Below are positions 16,748 to 25,946 of a stretch of DNA of 32,935 nt, piece after piece (position 1 is the stretch's first letter; each line of letters starts with the position of its first letter). The position numbers were made by a program, and so were the translations under genes. Below the pieces are notes generated by a model. That model did not search any database. It was not told the DNA's origin and worked only from the letters and a program-made list of their open reading frames with translations. Location: NCBI GenBank assembly GCA_964576335.1, contig CAZNVA010000002.1:1-32935 (forward strand), in the 5' to 3' direction. Source of the stretch: an uncultured Thermotogae bacterium (GTDB taxonomy: Bacteria > Bipolaricaulota > Bipolaricaulia > M55B111).

Positions 16748-18691
16748 ATGAACAGAAGATTTAGGAGTTTCGTTGACGGAAAACTGGTCGGAGCTTTGGT
16801 ATTGTTCATTTCACTTCAACTCTTACTTTCTTCCGGTGCAGCCCTGGGGTCGACAGGAGATAATTTTCTGGGGCTGGAAGGTATAGAAAAGGGAATGGAG
16901 GGAACCGGTAAAACGGTCGTAAAAGGAACTGAAATATCCACTTTCTCGGTAAAGGTAATTGACGTAATGGATGAACCGGGAAAACTTCAGGACTTCATTG
17001 TAATCCGTGCCAGCGGAAAGCCGATTGAAGAATCCGGTGGCGTTGCTCAGGGAATGAGCGGCAGCCCTGTTTACATAGACGGTAAGTTGATTGGTGCCTT
17101 AAGCAGGTCTGCTCTCTGGAGTAAGGACTCAAGTAACCCCATAGGACTGGTAACTCCCATAGAAACCATGCTGGATTTGTTCGACAACCAGGGTGCGGCG
17201 GGAGCCAGTATTCGATCGGAGGATACCAGAAGTTCCGTGGAAAACTCGCTTGAAGACCTTTTTCCAGGCAAGAACGTTGAAGTGCCCGGGGCAGGTGCTG
17301 AGAGAGGATCGGCTGGGAGTTCGGAGAGCGATGATTTAATATTTCGTAAATCCGTCACTCCCGTGATGCTCAGCGGGTTTTCTCAGGCTTCATTGAACGC
17401 CCTAAAAGAGGGTATAGAATCCGAGAACCCTGGCAGGGTTTACGATCCGCTTGCAACTGTCGGCGGTAGTTCGATTCAAAACCTGAGGGGTGGTCTTTCC
17501 CAGTACGATCTCGCCTTTCATAACCTGCAGGGCTCCGATAGCAACTCCGGCGAATCGATGGAGTTGCAGGCAGGCGGTCCGATGGGAGTTTCACTCGCCC
17601 GGGGTGACCTCTCCATAGGTGCACTTGGGACCGTTACCTACCGAGAAGAAGATAAGGTACTCGGTCTGGGTCACAGGTTTATCCTGAATGGAAGTTCGGA
17701 TTTCCTGCTGACGAAAGCCAGCGTTCTCGATACCGTCAAGAGTTACAAGTCCCCATTTAAACTTGGTGACGTCTCAAAGACCGTCGGAACCGTAACTCAA
17801 GACAGAACTCAGGGTGTAATGGGTAAGGTAGGCCAAGAAACGGAGCTTTTTTCGACCAACCTCGATATTTCCGAAATGGGCACCAATGCCAGTGCGAGTT
17901 TCAATACGGAACTAGTAAAGACGAATAGCTTAATCGGTACCTTATCCTATTCGACAATCCGCGAGGCGATCAACAGGACCCTGAACAGAACCGGCCCGGG
18001 TACTGTGAAGGTTAATTACACAATTACCGGGGATAACATGCCCGAGCCCCTGGAAAGGACGGACGTATTCTTCTCTTACAACCAGGCTTCCTACCTGCCC
18101 TCGCTGCAGGTCGCTCTATTCATTGACGCATTAGCTCATAATCCCTTTAAGAACCCCAAACTAAATAACCTGGAAGCGGAAATTAACTTTGAAAGGAACA
18201 TCAGGTCGGGTCAGATTACCTATTTTGCCACCGATAAAAGGAACTATACTGCCGGCGACCTTCTTGCCTATCAGGTTAAAGTACAGAACTACCGGGGTAA
18301 ACTCGTGGAAAAAACCGGAGGTTTCCAGCTACCCAAGGACTTACCCCCCGGAAACTACGTCGTGGCAGTTTACGGAGGCCCAAGGCCGACAAACGTTGCT
18401 CCGCCCCAGACTCTGGAAAACTTCGAGGACTGGCTCGGCTACGTCAATAATCTGAAAAGTTACGAGAGCCTCTCCGTCGAACTGCTCAAGCCCTTCGAGG
18501 AAAGCGTGGTTCCAATGGCCGGTACGGGCTACATGTACGAATCAGCTGCCAGGGTTAGCAAGAAGTTCGATAACAGGGTGGTTTACGGTAGTCAGGCGAT
18601 AGCCATAAACGTAATGGCCTCGAGTAGCAGCAACAATGGAGCCGAATCGGGTGAAGAATCCGGCGGTCAGTCTGAAGATCAGAACGGTTGA
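16748..18691 (+). CDS. Exported SpoIVB / peptidase S55 domain protein
   Basis: Signal peptide, GMEG.GKTVVKG, AQGMSGSPVYIDGKLIGA, GTVTY....VLGLGH and QDR..G; SD GGGAGG. Confidence 0.88.
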   Translation: MNRRFRSFVDGKLVGALVLFISLQLLLSSGAALGSTGDNFLGLEGIEKGMEGTGKTVVKGTEISTFSVKVIDVMDEPGKLQDFIVIRASGKPIEESGGVAQGMSGSPVYIDGKLIGALSRSALWSKDSSNPIGLVTPIETMLDLFDNQGAAGASIRSEDTRSSVENSLEDLFPGKNVEVPGAGAERGSAGSSESDDLIFRKSVTPVMLSGFSQASLNALKEGIESENPGRVYDPLATVGGSSIQNLRGGLSQYDLAFHNLQGSDSNSGESMELQAGGPMGVSLARGDLSIGALGTVTYREEDKVLGLGHRFILNGSSDFLLTKASVLDTVKSYKSPFKLGDVSKTVGTVTQDRTQGVMGKVGQETELFSTNLDISEMGTNASASFNTELVKTNSLIGTLSYSTIREAINRTLNRTGPGTVKVNYTITGDNMPEPLERTDVFFSYNQASYLPSLQVALFIDALAHNPFKNPKLNNLEAEINFERNIRSGQITYFATDKRNYTAGDLLAYQVKVQNYRGKLVEKTGGFQLPKDLPPGNYVVAVYGGPRPTNVAPPQTLENFEDWLGYVNNLKSYESLSVELLKPFEESVVPMAGTGYMYESAARVSKKFDNRVVYGSQAIAINVMASSSSNNGAESGEESGGQSEDQNG

Positions 18692-18694
18692 TCG

Positions 18695-20107
18695 ATGCTT
18701 GACCTGGAAGGTATTCTTGCGGCCACGGGCGGAGAACTTTATGACGAACGAGCTCGCGCGATCCGTGGATTCTCCATAGACACCAGAACTATTGCCGAGG
18801 GGGACGTTTTCGTCCCCCTCTCGGGCTCCCGGACGGATGGCCATCAATTCATCGAGGAAGCGTACGAAAAAGGAGCCGCCGCTTCCCTGGCGGAGTCAAA
18901 GGACTATCGGGAGGAGAGCCCGTTTAACCTCGTAGTTGTCGACGATACTGAACGAGCGCTTCTGGATATGGCTCACTATTACAGAAGTTCCTTTCAGATC
19001 CCTATTATCGGTGTGACCGGGAGCTGGGGCAAAACGACGACGAAGGAACTAATTGCTTCCATGCTGTCCACTTCGGGAACGGTTCATAAATCGCCGGGAA
19101 ACTACAATACGGAATTCGGTCTGCCCCTCGCTTTGCTCGAAATGGAGCAAGGAGTCGATTACGCCGTATTTGAACTGGGACTTCAGTACCCGGGAGACGT
19201 TGAAAAGCTGAGCAAAGTTCTGGAACCGACAATGGGCCTGATTACTGCAGTCGGGAAGGTTCACCTCGGCAACTTTTCGGGAACCAGGGAAATCGCCCGG
19301 GAGAAGCTGGGAATAACTGCGGGAATGGACCGGGATGCCAAGCTGATCATCGGCGGGGATTACCCCACGCTTCTTGAAGAGGCGGAGAAGAAGTTTGATC
19401 TCGAACCGGTACTTTTCGGAACTCGTTCCGAAAATAGTCTGAGCTATCGTGGGGAAAAAATTCAAATTAAGGGTACCGACGGAATAGAGTTAACTGTCAA
19501 CAGCGACTTGTGCCCTGATAGCTCCCCTTTCCCTTTTGTGCTTGAGTCGAAGCTAAATTCACGGGGAAACGCTCTCAACCTGCTTGGAGCCGTCGCCGTA
19601 GCACTTGAGCTCGGCCTGGCCCCCCGTGACTTGAAAAACCGGCAAAGAGTTGAACCAATCGATCAACGCCTTCAACCGATTGAAACCCCTCTGGGGACGG
19701 TAATAAACGATACTTACAATGCAAACCCGAGAGCTACCGAAAACGCCCTCAACTACCTGAGACGGATCGAGCCCTCAGGGGAAAAGGTATTCGTGTTCGG
19801 TGATATGATGGAACTAGGGGAAGAAGCCTACGAGTTGCATAGAAGTCTCGCCGGAGCAGTCCGGAGTGCGGGAGTTGACGTGGTATATTCCGTGGGCAAT
19901 CATACTGGAGCTCTGGTTGAGCAGTTGAACCGAACGAGCCAGGCCGGGAAAGAAATTGAGGCAAAGTGGTTTGAGTCGAAGTCGGAATTGACGAGCCGCC
20001 TGGAGGACAGATTAACCGGCGGTGACAACTTATTGCTCGTAAAGGGTTCCCGGGAAATGGAGATGGAAAAGATAGTTTCCTTCCTGGAGCAGGAGAAAAA
20101 GCACTAA
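18695..20107 (+). CDS. murF: UDP-MurNAc-tripeptide:D-Ala-D-Ala ligase
   Basis: IDTR, GVTGS.GKTTTKE, GNYN..GLP, INDTYNANP, GDMMELG and LVKGSR. Confidence 0.95.
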   Translation: MLDLEGILAATGGELYDERARAIRGFSIDTRTIAEGDVFVPLSGSRTDGHQFIEEAYEKGAAASLAESKDYREESPFNLVVVDDTERALLDMAHYYRSSFQIPIIGVTGSWGKTTTKELIASMLSTSGTVHKSPGNYNTEFGLPLALLEMEQGVDYAVFELGLQYPGDVEKLSKVLEPTMGLITAVGKVHLGNFSGTREIAREKLGITAGMDRDAKLIIGGDYPTLLEEAEKKFDLEPVLFGTRSENSLSYRGEKIQIKGTDGIELTVNSDLCPDSSPFPFVLESKLNSRGNALNLLGAVAVALELGLAPRDLKNRQRVEPIDQRLQPIETPLGTVINDTYNANPRATENALNYLRRIEPSGEKVFVFGDMMELGEEAYELHRSLAGAVRSAGVDVVYSVGNHTGALVEQLNRTSQAGKEIEAKWFESKSELTSRLEDRLTGGDNLLLVKGSREMEMEKIVSFLEQEKKH

Positions 20108-20122
20108 CAATTGGGGGTTAAA

Positions 20123-20542
20123 ATGGGAGTTGAAACGGTGGAGATAAACGTCCACGTAGGTTCAGATAGCAAGATGGAAAAAATTACTGAAGAAATTGCC
20201 AGGATAGTTCGTGGTTCAAGTATCGAAGAAGGTAGCGTGAACATTTTCGTGCCCGGGGCGACGGGATCAATTAGCACCGTCGAATACGAACCGGGCTTAA
20301 GAGAGGACGTACCGGAAGCCCTGGAAAGGCTTGCCCCTGAGGATATACCTTACAAGCACCACCAGACCTGGAACGACGATAACGGCCGCAGTCACGTTCG
20401 AGCGACCATCATGGGACCGGGTACCATGGTCCCCTTCGTAAATGGAAATATGAAGTTAGGCCAGTGGCAGGACATCGTCATACTCAATCACGACACCCGA
20501 GCCCGAGATAGAAAAATAATAGTTCAGTTAATAGGTGAATGA
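20123..20542 (+). CDS. yjbQ: YjbQ / UPF0047 family protein (secondary thiamine-phosphate synthase)
   Basis: EYEPGL, Y.HH..W.DDNG.SH and LGQWQ. Confidence 0.88.
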   Translation: MGVETVEINVHVGSDSKMEKITEEIARIVRGSSIEEGSVNIFVPGATGSISTVEYEPGLREDVPEALERLAPEDIPYKHHQTWNDDNGRSHVRATIMGPGTMVPFVNGNMKLGQWQDIVILNHDTRARDRKIIVQLIGE

Positions 20543-20544
20543 AC

Positions 20545-21063
20545 TCAGCTGCTTTCCATGTAAGTAACTAAGTCGTCGAGTTCTCTTCGCGGCGAATCCC
20601 CGCTACTACCTTTGGTAGGGTAACCTACGGGTATTAGGGCCAGCGGTTTCTTGTTAGTGTCAAGGTCCTCTTTTACCTTTTCTTCGTTAAAAGCACCAAT
20701 CCAGCAACTACCAAGGCCCAGTTCTACTGCGGCGAGTTGCAGGTAGGAAGCCGCAATAGTTCCATCCTGAACGGAGTAAAGTTCGCCCCTTTCCCCGTAC
20801 TTTTCCGTAGAGCGCGCTGCATCCTGCAGGAATGCAAAAATTACAGGGGATTGTTCAATGAATTTCTGTCCATGTGCGTCTTCTGCCAGGGACTCTTTCA
20901 AGGAATCCTCTTTAATTACGAGGATTTCATACGCCTGCAGGTTACCGGCGGAGGGGGCTGAATTCGCAGCCTGAAGTAGTTTCTGGACTTCGTCCTTTTG
21001 TACTGGTCTTTCGGTAAAGGATCTAACTGATGTTCTCTTTTTTATCAAATTAAAAAAATTCAT
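20545..21063 (-). CDS. Nitroreductase family protein
   Basis: RTSVRSF, APSAGNLQ, LGLGSCWIGAF and PVGYP. Confidence 0.92.
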   Translation of the reverse strand: MNFFNLIKKRTSVRSFTERPVQKDEVQKLLQAANSAPSAGNLQAYEILVIKEDSLKESLAEDAHGQKFIEQSPVIFAFLQDAARSTEKYGERGELYSVQDGTIAASYLQLAAVELGLGSCWIGAFNEEKVKEDLDTNKKPLALIPVGYPTKGSSGDSPRRELDDLVTYMESS

Positions 21064-21287
21064 AATCTTCCACCTTTCCGGTGGTCTTGAAGGTTTTTAG
21101 TAAATTTAATCTAACAACATAAAATTATATACGACTTAATCCTATCTGCAAGGTAGATTCTGGCGGTTGCAGAGAGCATAATTTGTTTGAATCAATGCTG
21201 GGTTTATAATGTATCAATAAGGAGGATTTTTCCAGGCGGTTATTTGCGTGATTTTTATCAATCAGCAGAAAAAGCGGGGTGTAATAC

Positions 21288-21992
21288 TTGGTTTCCCGAG
21301 ATGAATTGAAAAAAATCGCAGTCGAAGGCGCAATGGAGTGGATAGAGTCCAATTACGAACTCGGTAATGGGTTGAGAATCGGAGTGGGATCTGGTTCCAC
21401 TATAGCCCATTCATTCGATCTTATTGCCGAAAATAACGGTTTAACCGCAGTACCAACCTCAAAAGAAACCAGCAAGGAGTTAGCCCAGAGGGGCGTTAAA
21501 GTCCGGGAACTCGAAGATTTTTCCGGTCAGCTCGCCTTTGACATCGACGGTGCAGACGAAGTCGATCCCGGGCTGAATCTGATAAAAGGAGGTGGGGGCT
21601 GTCATTACCGGGAGAAAAAAGTAGCAAAGCGCTCGGACAAGCTGTTGATAGTCGTTGATGAGACCAAGCTGGTCGATTATCTTGGTCAGTCGTTCCCCTT
21701 ACCCGTGGAAGTGGAACCGGAGCTGAAAGAAACCGTCCGGGAAGAGCTGAGGCGTTACGGGATTCCCGAATTGAGAAAGAGAGGCGGTGAACCGGTCAAA
21801 ACTGACAATGCAAACCTAATAATAGACGTACAATTGAAAGAAAAATTGGAAGAGGCCGAACTCGAAGAGTGGGAATTCGAAATAAACGAAATCGAAGGTG
21901 TCGTAGAAAACGGTTTCTTCGTCGATAGAAATGCCGATCTAGTTTTCGTCGGTACGGAAAATGGAGCAAAAATTATGGGGGAAGATCAATAA
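21288..21992 (+). CDS. rpiA: Ribose-5-phosphate isomerase A
   Basis: GVGSGST, DGADEVD, IKGGGG, EK.VA, PLPVEV and TDN.N.I.D. Confidence 0.96.
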   Translation: MVSRDELKKIAVEGAMEWIESNYELGNGLRIGVGSGSTIAHSFDLIAENNGLTAVPTSKETSKELAQRGVKVRELEDFSGQLAFDIDGADEVDPGLNLIKGGGGCHYREKKVAKRSDKLLIVVDETKLVDYLGQSFPLPVEVEPELKETVREELRRYGIPELRKRGGEPVKTDNANLIIDVQLKEKLEEAELEEWEFEINEIEGVVENGFFVDRNADLVFVGTENGAKIMGEDQ

Positions 21993-23147
21993 GTGTCCAA
22001 TCAATCCAGGAAGTGCGGCCTCATTGTGACAACCGGGGTGGAAGGGGACTTAGAGGTAGAAGAAAAACTCAACCGGGGGTTGGAAGAAAATACACTTGAT
22101 ATACTCGATCAAACCGAAGGCCTGTCCCGGTTGGATAGCAGGATACTGATTACCAACTCCAAACGACTGCTGGATACTGCTAAATCCCTTTATTCGGACC
22201 TGGAGGTACGTAAATCCGGCAAGAACTTTCATTTTGGTGAAAACCTTTATGAGGCCATTGAAGAATTTGACCTGGAAGAGGTTCTGTACGTTGGTGGTGG
22301 AAGTGCGACACTGCTTGGCAGGGAGGAATTGTCCGGCCTGGTAGAATTTTTGCGGGGGCACGAAGATAGTTCTATATCGAATAATTTTTATTCCGCTGAT
22401 TTACTCGGTTTTACTCCGGCCACCCCTCTACTGGAGACGAAGCCACCGGAAAAGGATAACGAACTCGGTTGGCTAACTCGTGATGCCGGCTTAACCCCTT
22501 ACGAACTCGATAGGAGCGCCAGAACCCTGCTGGACCTCGACTCCCCTGTGGACCTGCTTCCATTAAAACTTTCCGGGCGGACGGGCCCCAAACTATCCGA
22601 ATACGTCGAGGCGCTTGATTGGGGTCAAACAAGAATCAAAGAAATTTTACCGCAATTTACCGATGAGAATTCCAGAATCGTTATTTACGGTAGGGTGGGG
22701 GCGAGTACTTTTTCACAACTGGAAAGCGAGGCCGCATGTCATATCAACCTATTTTCCGAGGGCAGGGGTAGTTACTCAGAACTCGGAACGGGTGGTTCAA
22801 TTCCTGCACTGTGTGGTCATCTGTTAAGAGATCTCGGCCCCGAGGGTTTAATAGCGCGTCTGACCGATCAGGGGACTGGATTATTCCTCGATACCCGCGT
22901 ACTGTTTGATTATCTGGGTCAGTGGCCATCGCGGCCGGAGCGCTTTTCTTCGGACCTTCTTGAACCGGAAGAAATCAAAACAACTTATTTGCGTAAATTG
23001 ACTGAAGCTGCCCGGGAATCGGACAAGCCCGTAGTTCTTGGTGGGCATTCAATCGTATCGGGAGCCTTATATTTGCTCTCGAAAGAAGCCTGGAATCTCT
23101 CTGCACCCAAGAGCACGAACGTTCGTCCCATAAATTATAAATTGTAG
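21993..23147 (+). CDS. Conserved hypothetical protein; N-terminal half resembles a CofC/GT-A-like fold
   Basis: 384-aa ORF abutting rpiA. LDLDSPVDL resembles the DxDTxxDL motif of CofC-like nucleotidyltransferases. Function is unverified. Confidence 0.55.
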   Translation: MSNQSRKCGLIVTTGVEGDLEVEEKLNRGLEENTLDILDQTEGLSRLDSRILITNSKRLLDTAKSLYSDLEVRKSGKNFHFGENLYEAIEEFDLEEVLYVGGGSATLLGREELSGLVEFLRGHEDSSISNNFYSADLLGFTPATPLLETKPPEKDNELGWLTRDAGLTPYELDRSARTLLDLDSPVDLLPLKLSGRTGPKLSEYVEALDWGQTRIKEILPQFTDENSRIVIYGRVGASTFSQLESEAACHINLFSEGRGSYSELGTGGSIPALCGHLLRDLGPEGLIARLTDQGTGLFLDTRVLFDYLGQWPSRPERFSSDLLEPEEIKTTYLRKLTEAARESDKPVVLGGHSIVSGALYLLSKEAWNLSAPKSTNVRPINYKL

Positions 23148-23165
23148 CTAAAAGAGGTGAACCGG

Positions 23166-23639
23166 ATGGAACTTATACCTGCGTGGTTATGGTTTATTGC
23201 CGGTTTAGGTTTTCTCGTGCTGGAGTTGACTACGGTAACCTTCTTTTTTGGTACCGTAGGGTTTGGTGCCTTAATTGCCAGCTTAGTTGATTTCCTGTTT
23301 CCGGGAGAAATCGGTAGTTTTATAGCGTTTGTCGCGGGTACCGGCCTTGCCGCTTACCTGGCCTGGAAGTTCGATATTTATAGCTCCGAGGGCGGTATAA
23401 AAACCGGTGCCGATAGGTTGATCAATGAACGCGGAACGGTCGAAGAAAGAATAGATCCGGCAAAGGGCGACGGAATAGTTGTTGTAAACGGTGAACGATG
23501 GCGGGCTGAATCCTCAAACGACGAGTTAATAGAAAAAGGCGAGACGGTTGAAGTGATGAGCATAGAAGGTACCTCTCTAGTTGTAGAACCCTGCGAAATG
23601 ATCGAGCAGGGTGGTTCAAATAACCCAGAGGAGGGTTAA
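23166..23639 (+). CDS. NfeD-family membrane protein
   Basis: Three N-terminal transmembrane segments, then G.V.VNGERWRA...I.KG..VEV..IEG.SLVV (OB-fold); adjacent to an SPFH gene. Confidence 0.9.
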   Translation: MELIPAWLWFIAGLGFLVLELTTVTFFFGTVGFGALIASLVDFLFPGEIGSFIAFVAGTGLAAYLAWKFDIYSSEGGIKTGADRLINERGTVEERIDPAKGDGIVVVNGERWRAESSNDELIEKGETVEVMSIEGTSLVVEPCEMIEQGGSNNPEEG

Positions 23640-23640
23640 T

Positions 23641-24711
23641 ATGTCTCTAATAATAATTGCTGCGGCGATTGCGTTCGTTCTGGTATTTGGTTCCTGGGCG
23701 ACCACGCTCGTGCGGCAGTACCAGAAGGGTTTGATGGAGACTTTTGGTAAGTACTCCAAGACGTACGAGCCTGGTCTTCACTTTATTTTCCCGTTTGTTC
23801 AGAAGGTACGAAAAATCGATATGAGGGAAAAAACGCTGGACGTACCGAGACAGGACGTAATTACCAAGGACAACGCTACGGTTACCGTAGATGCAATAGT
23901 TTACTACAAACCGACGGACGCCAAGAAGGTGGAGTACGAAGTTGAAGACTTCGAAAACGCGGCAGTTAGGTTGGCCCAAACGAACTTGAGAAGTGAAATC
24001 GGCGAAATGGACCTCGATCAGTCCCTTTCATCAAGGGAAAAGGTAAACTCCAAACTTTTAAATACGCTGGATAAGGAAACTGATAAATGGGGAGTCAGGG
24101 TAACCAAGGTAGAGATAAGAGAGATTACTCCTCCCGAGGACGTAAAGGACGCCATGGCACAGCAGCTCAAAGCGGAAAGGCGGAGGAGAGCCGAGGTACT
24201 CAAAGCTGAGGGAAGCAAGAAGGCGTCGATTCTCAAGGCAGAGGGAGGCAAACGGGCCGCAGTACTTGAAGCCGAAGGTGAAGCAAACGCAAGGAGAAAG
24301 AGAGCCGATGCCAAACGCTACGAATACATTACCGAGGCCGAAGGTGAAGCAAACGCAATTCAGGGAGTATTTGGAGCTTATCACAAAGGTAAACCAAACA
24401 ACAAGATTTTAACATTGAAAGCTTACGAAGCCATGAAAGAGCTGGCCGATGGTAGAGCTTCAAAGCTGATTGTACCTTCCGGTACCGCTGACGTACTTGG
24501 CGCTGTAAGCAGTATAATGGGAGTTTCCGGTGACGGCGGCTTCCCCGACTACGAAGAAGGGGAATACGACGAAGAAGAGGCCGAAGGTCTGGTGGATGAG
24601 CTGTCCGATAAAGCTGAAAAGGCTAGAACGGAATTTGAGAAGAGGGCCGAAGAAATCGAAAAAGAGGCAGAGGAAAGAGCTGCGGAAGAACTGGAGGAAG
24701 GAGGGACTTAA
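23641..24711 (+). CDS. SPFH / band 7 (stomatin-like, QmcA-type) protein with acidic tail
   Basis: Transmembrane anchor, PGLHF..PF, QDVITKDN, AQTNLRS.IG, WGVRVTKVEI and AEG repeats. Confidence 0.95.
   Translation: MSLIIIAAAIAFVLVFGSWATTLVRQYQKGLMETFGKYSKTYEPGLHFIFPFVQKVRKIDMREKTLDVPRQDVITKDNATVTVDAIVYYKPTDAKKVEYEVEDFENAAVRLAQTNLRSEIGEMDLDQSLSSREKVNSKLLNTLDKETDKWGVRVTKVEIREITPPEDVKDAMAQQLKAERRRRAEVLKAEGSKKASILKAEGGKRAAVLEAEGEANARRKRADAKRYEYITEAEGEANAIQGVFGAYHKGKPNNKILTLKAYEAMKELADGRASKLIVPSGTADVLGAVSSIMGVSGDGGFPDYEEGEYDEEEAEGLVDELSDKAEKARTEFEKRAEEIEKEAEERAAEELEEGGT
24271..24358 (+). repeat. 22-bp exact direct repeat within the SPFH coiled coil
   Basis: GCCGAAGGTGAAGCAAACGCAA occurs at 24271-24292 and 24337-24358; both copies encode AEGEANA. 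Confidence 0.85.
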
Positions 24712-24764
24712 ATTTCCTTAACTGCCGTCCATAAATAAAAAACTGATGGTGACCTGGGGGCTGG

Positions 24765-25652
24765 TTATAGTTTTTCTTCCAGCAATTCCTGACGCCAGAG
24801 AAAATATATACTGATTAGAACGAAAAAGCCCCCAGATATCACCCAATAAGACGGGAATTCGTTGAAAAAAATGATTGCAAGGATCGAAGATCCTATCGGT
24901 TCGCCGAGAATGGTAACCCCAACCATGGAGGCCTTCACTTTACTCAATAGCCAGTTAAAAGCAGTGTGTCCCAACAAGGTCGGGACAATTGCCAGAAGTA
25001 GAAACAGAGAAAAGTTGTACGCGCTGTAGTTTAACAGAGGAATTCCGGCAACCGTTATAAATAGCAGGAGAAAAATAGAACTGATGCCGTAGACCATGAG
25101 AATGTAAGGGAGTATTTTTATTCTACTCCTTACCTCGCCGCCGATAAGAAAATACCCCGCGGCCATTGCGGCGCCGAGAAGTGCTAAAACGTCACCGACG
25201 AGTGCGAATTCCGAACCGTGAAAATCGCCAAAACCAATCAAAAAACTTCCGACTGCCGCGATCGACAAACCAATCAAAAAGTTTTTCGAAGGCTTCTTAC
25301 CGAGAAAAGCGCTTTCAATCAAAACGATAAAAATGGGTTGTGTCGTCACGAGAACGACGGAACTGGCGACGCTTGTATGGCTGAGTGACGTTACCCAGAA
25401 GCCAAAGTGAACCGCAAGAAAAAAACCAGCTAAAAGCAGCAAAAGAAAGTCCTTTCTCGTAAGCTTCTTTAGCTCGGACAATACTTCACCCTGATAGGTG
25501 GAGTAGGCTAGAATCAAGATCGTGGCGAAAAACATCCGGTAGAAAGATATTACCAGTGGAGGGGCGGTTGACATTCTGATAAATATTGCGGCAAACGATA
25601 CCGAGATCACGCCTCCAACCAGGACGGCAACCGTCTTTGGTTTGTATTGCAT
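24765..25652 (-). CDS. DMT / EamA-family transporter
   Basis: About 10 transmembrane segments; SFAAIFIR, HF.FW..SL..TSVASS, GHT.FNW and GEPIG. Start moved to ATG 25652, after SD GAGGTG. Confidence 0.9.
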   Translation of the reverse strand: MQYKPKTVAVLVGGVISVSFAAIFIRMSTAPPLVISFYRMFFATILILAYSTYQGEVLSELKKLTRKDFLLLLLAGFFLAVHFGFWVTSLSHTSVASSVVLVTTQPIFIVLIESAFLGKKPSKNFLIGLSIAAVGSFLIGFGDFHGSEFALVGDVLALLGAAMAAGYFLIGGEVRSRIKILPYILMVYGISSIFLLLFITVAGIPLLNYSAYNFSLFLLLAIVPTLLGHTAFNWLLSKVKASMVGVTILGEPIGSSILAIIFFNEFPSYWVISGGFFVLISIYFLWRQELLEEKL

Positions 25653-25946
25653 TGCCACCTCAAGTAAACTCGGGATCAGTTTAAGTCCCGAGATTGTCAA
25701 TTCGACGTTTTTAATTCCAGAAACTCGGAGCTAAACGTTGTTCGAACCACTTTCAAATCAGTGTATGAGATTTTGTTTACGCTTACCACCCGATTTTAAG
25801 GTCGAATCCGTACCGGGTGGACAAATAATTGAAAAAAAATTCGGTTATGGCTAACATCTAACAAAAGTTGCGATACTCGTAAATAAAGGTATTTAGTTCT
25901 TCCAATTTCGTATCTTCATTAATGAAAAATAACAAGGGGGAAACCC

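Noticed and set aside
16748-18691. Evidence for endospore formation
   Set aside because: S55-domain proteins of this architecture also occur in non-sporulating bacteria, and no other spo genes are present.
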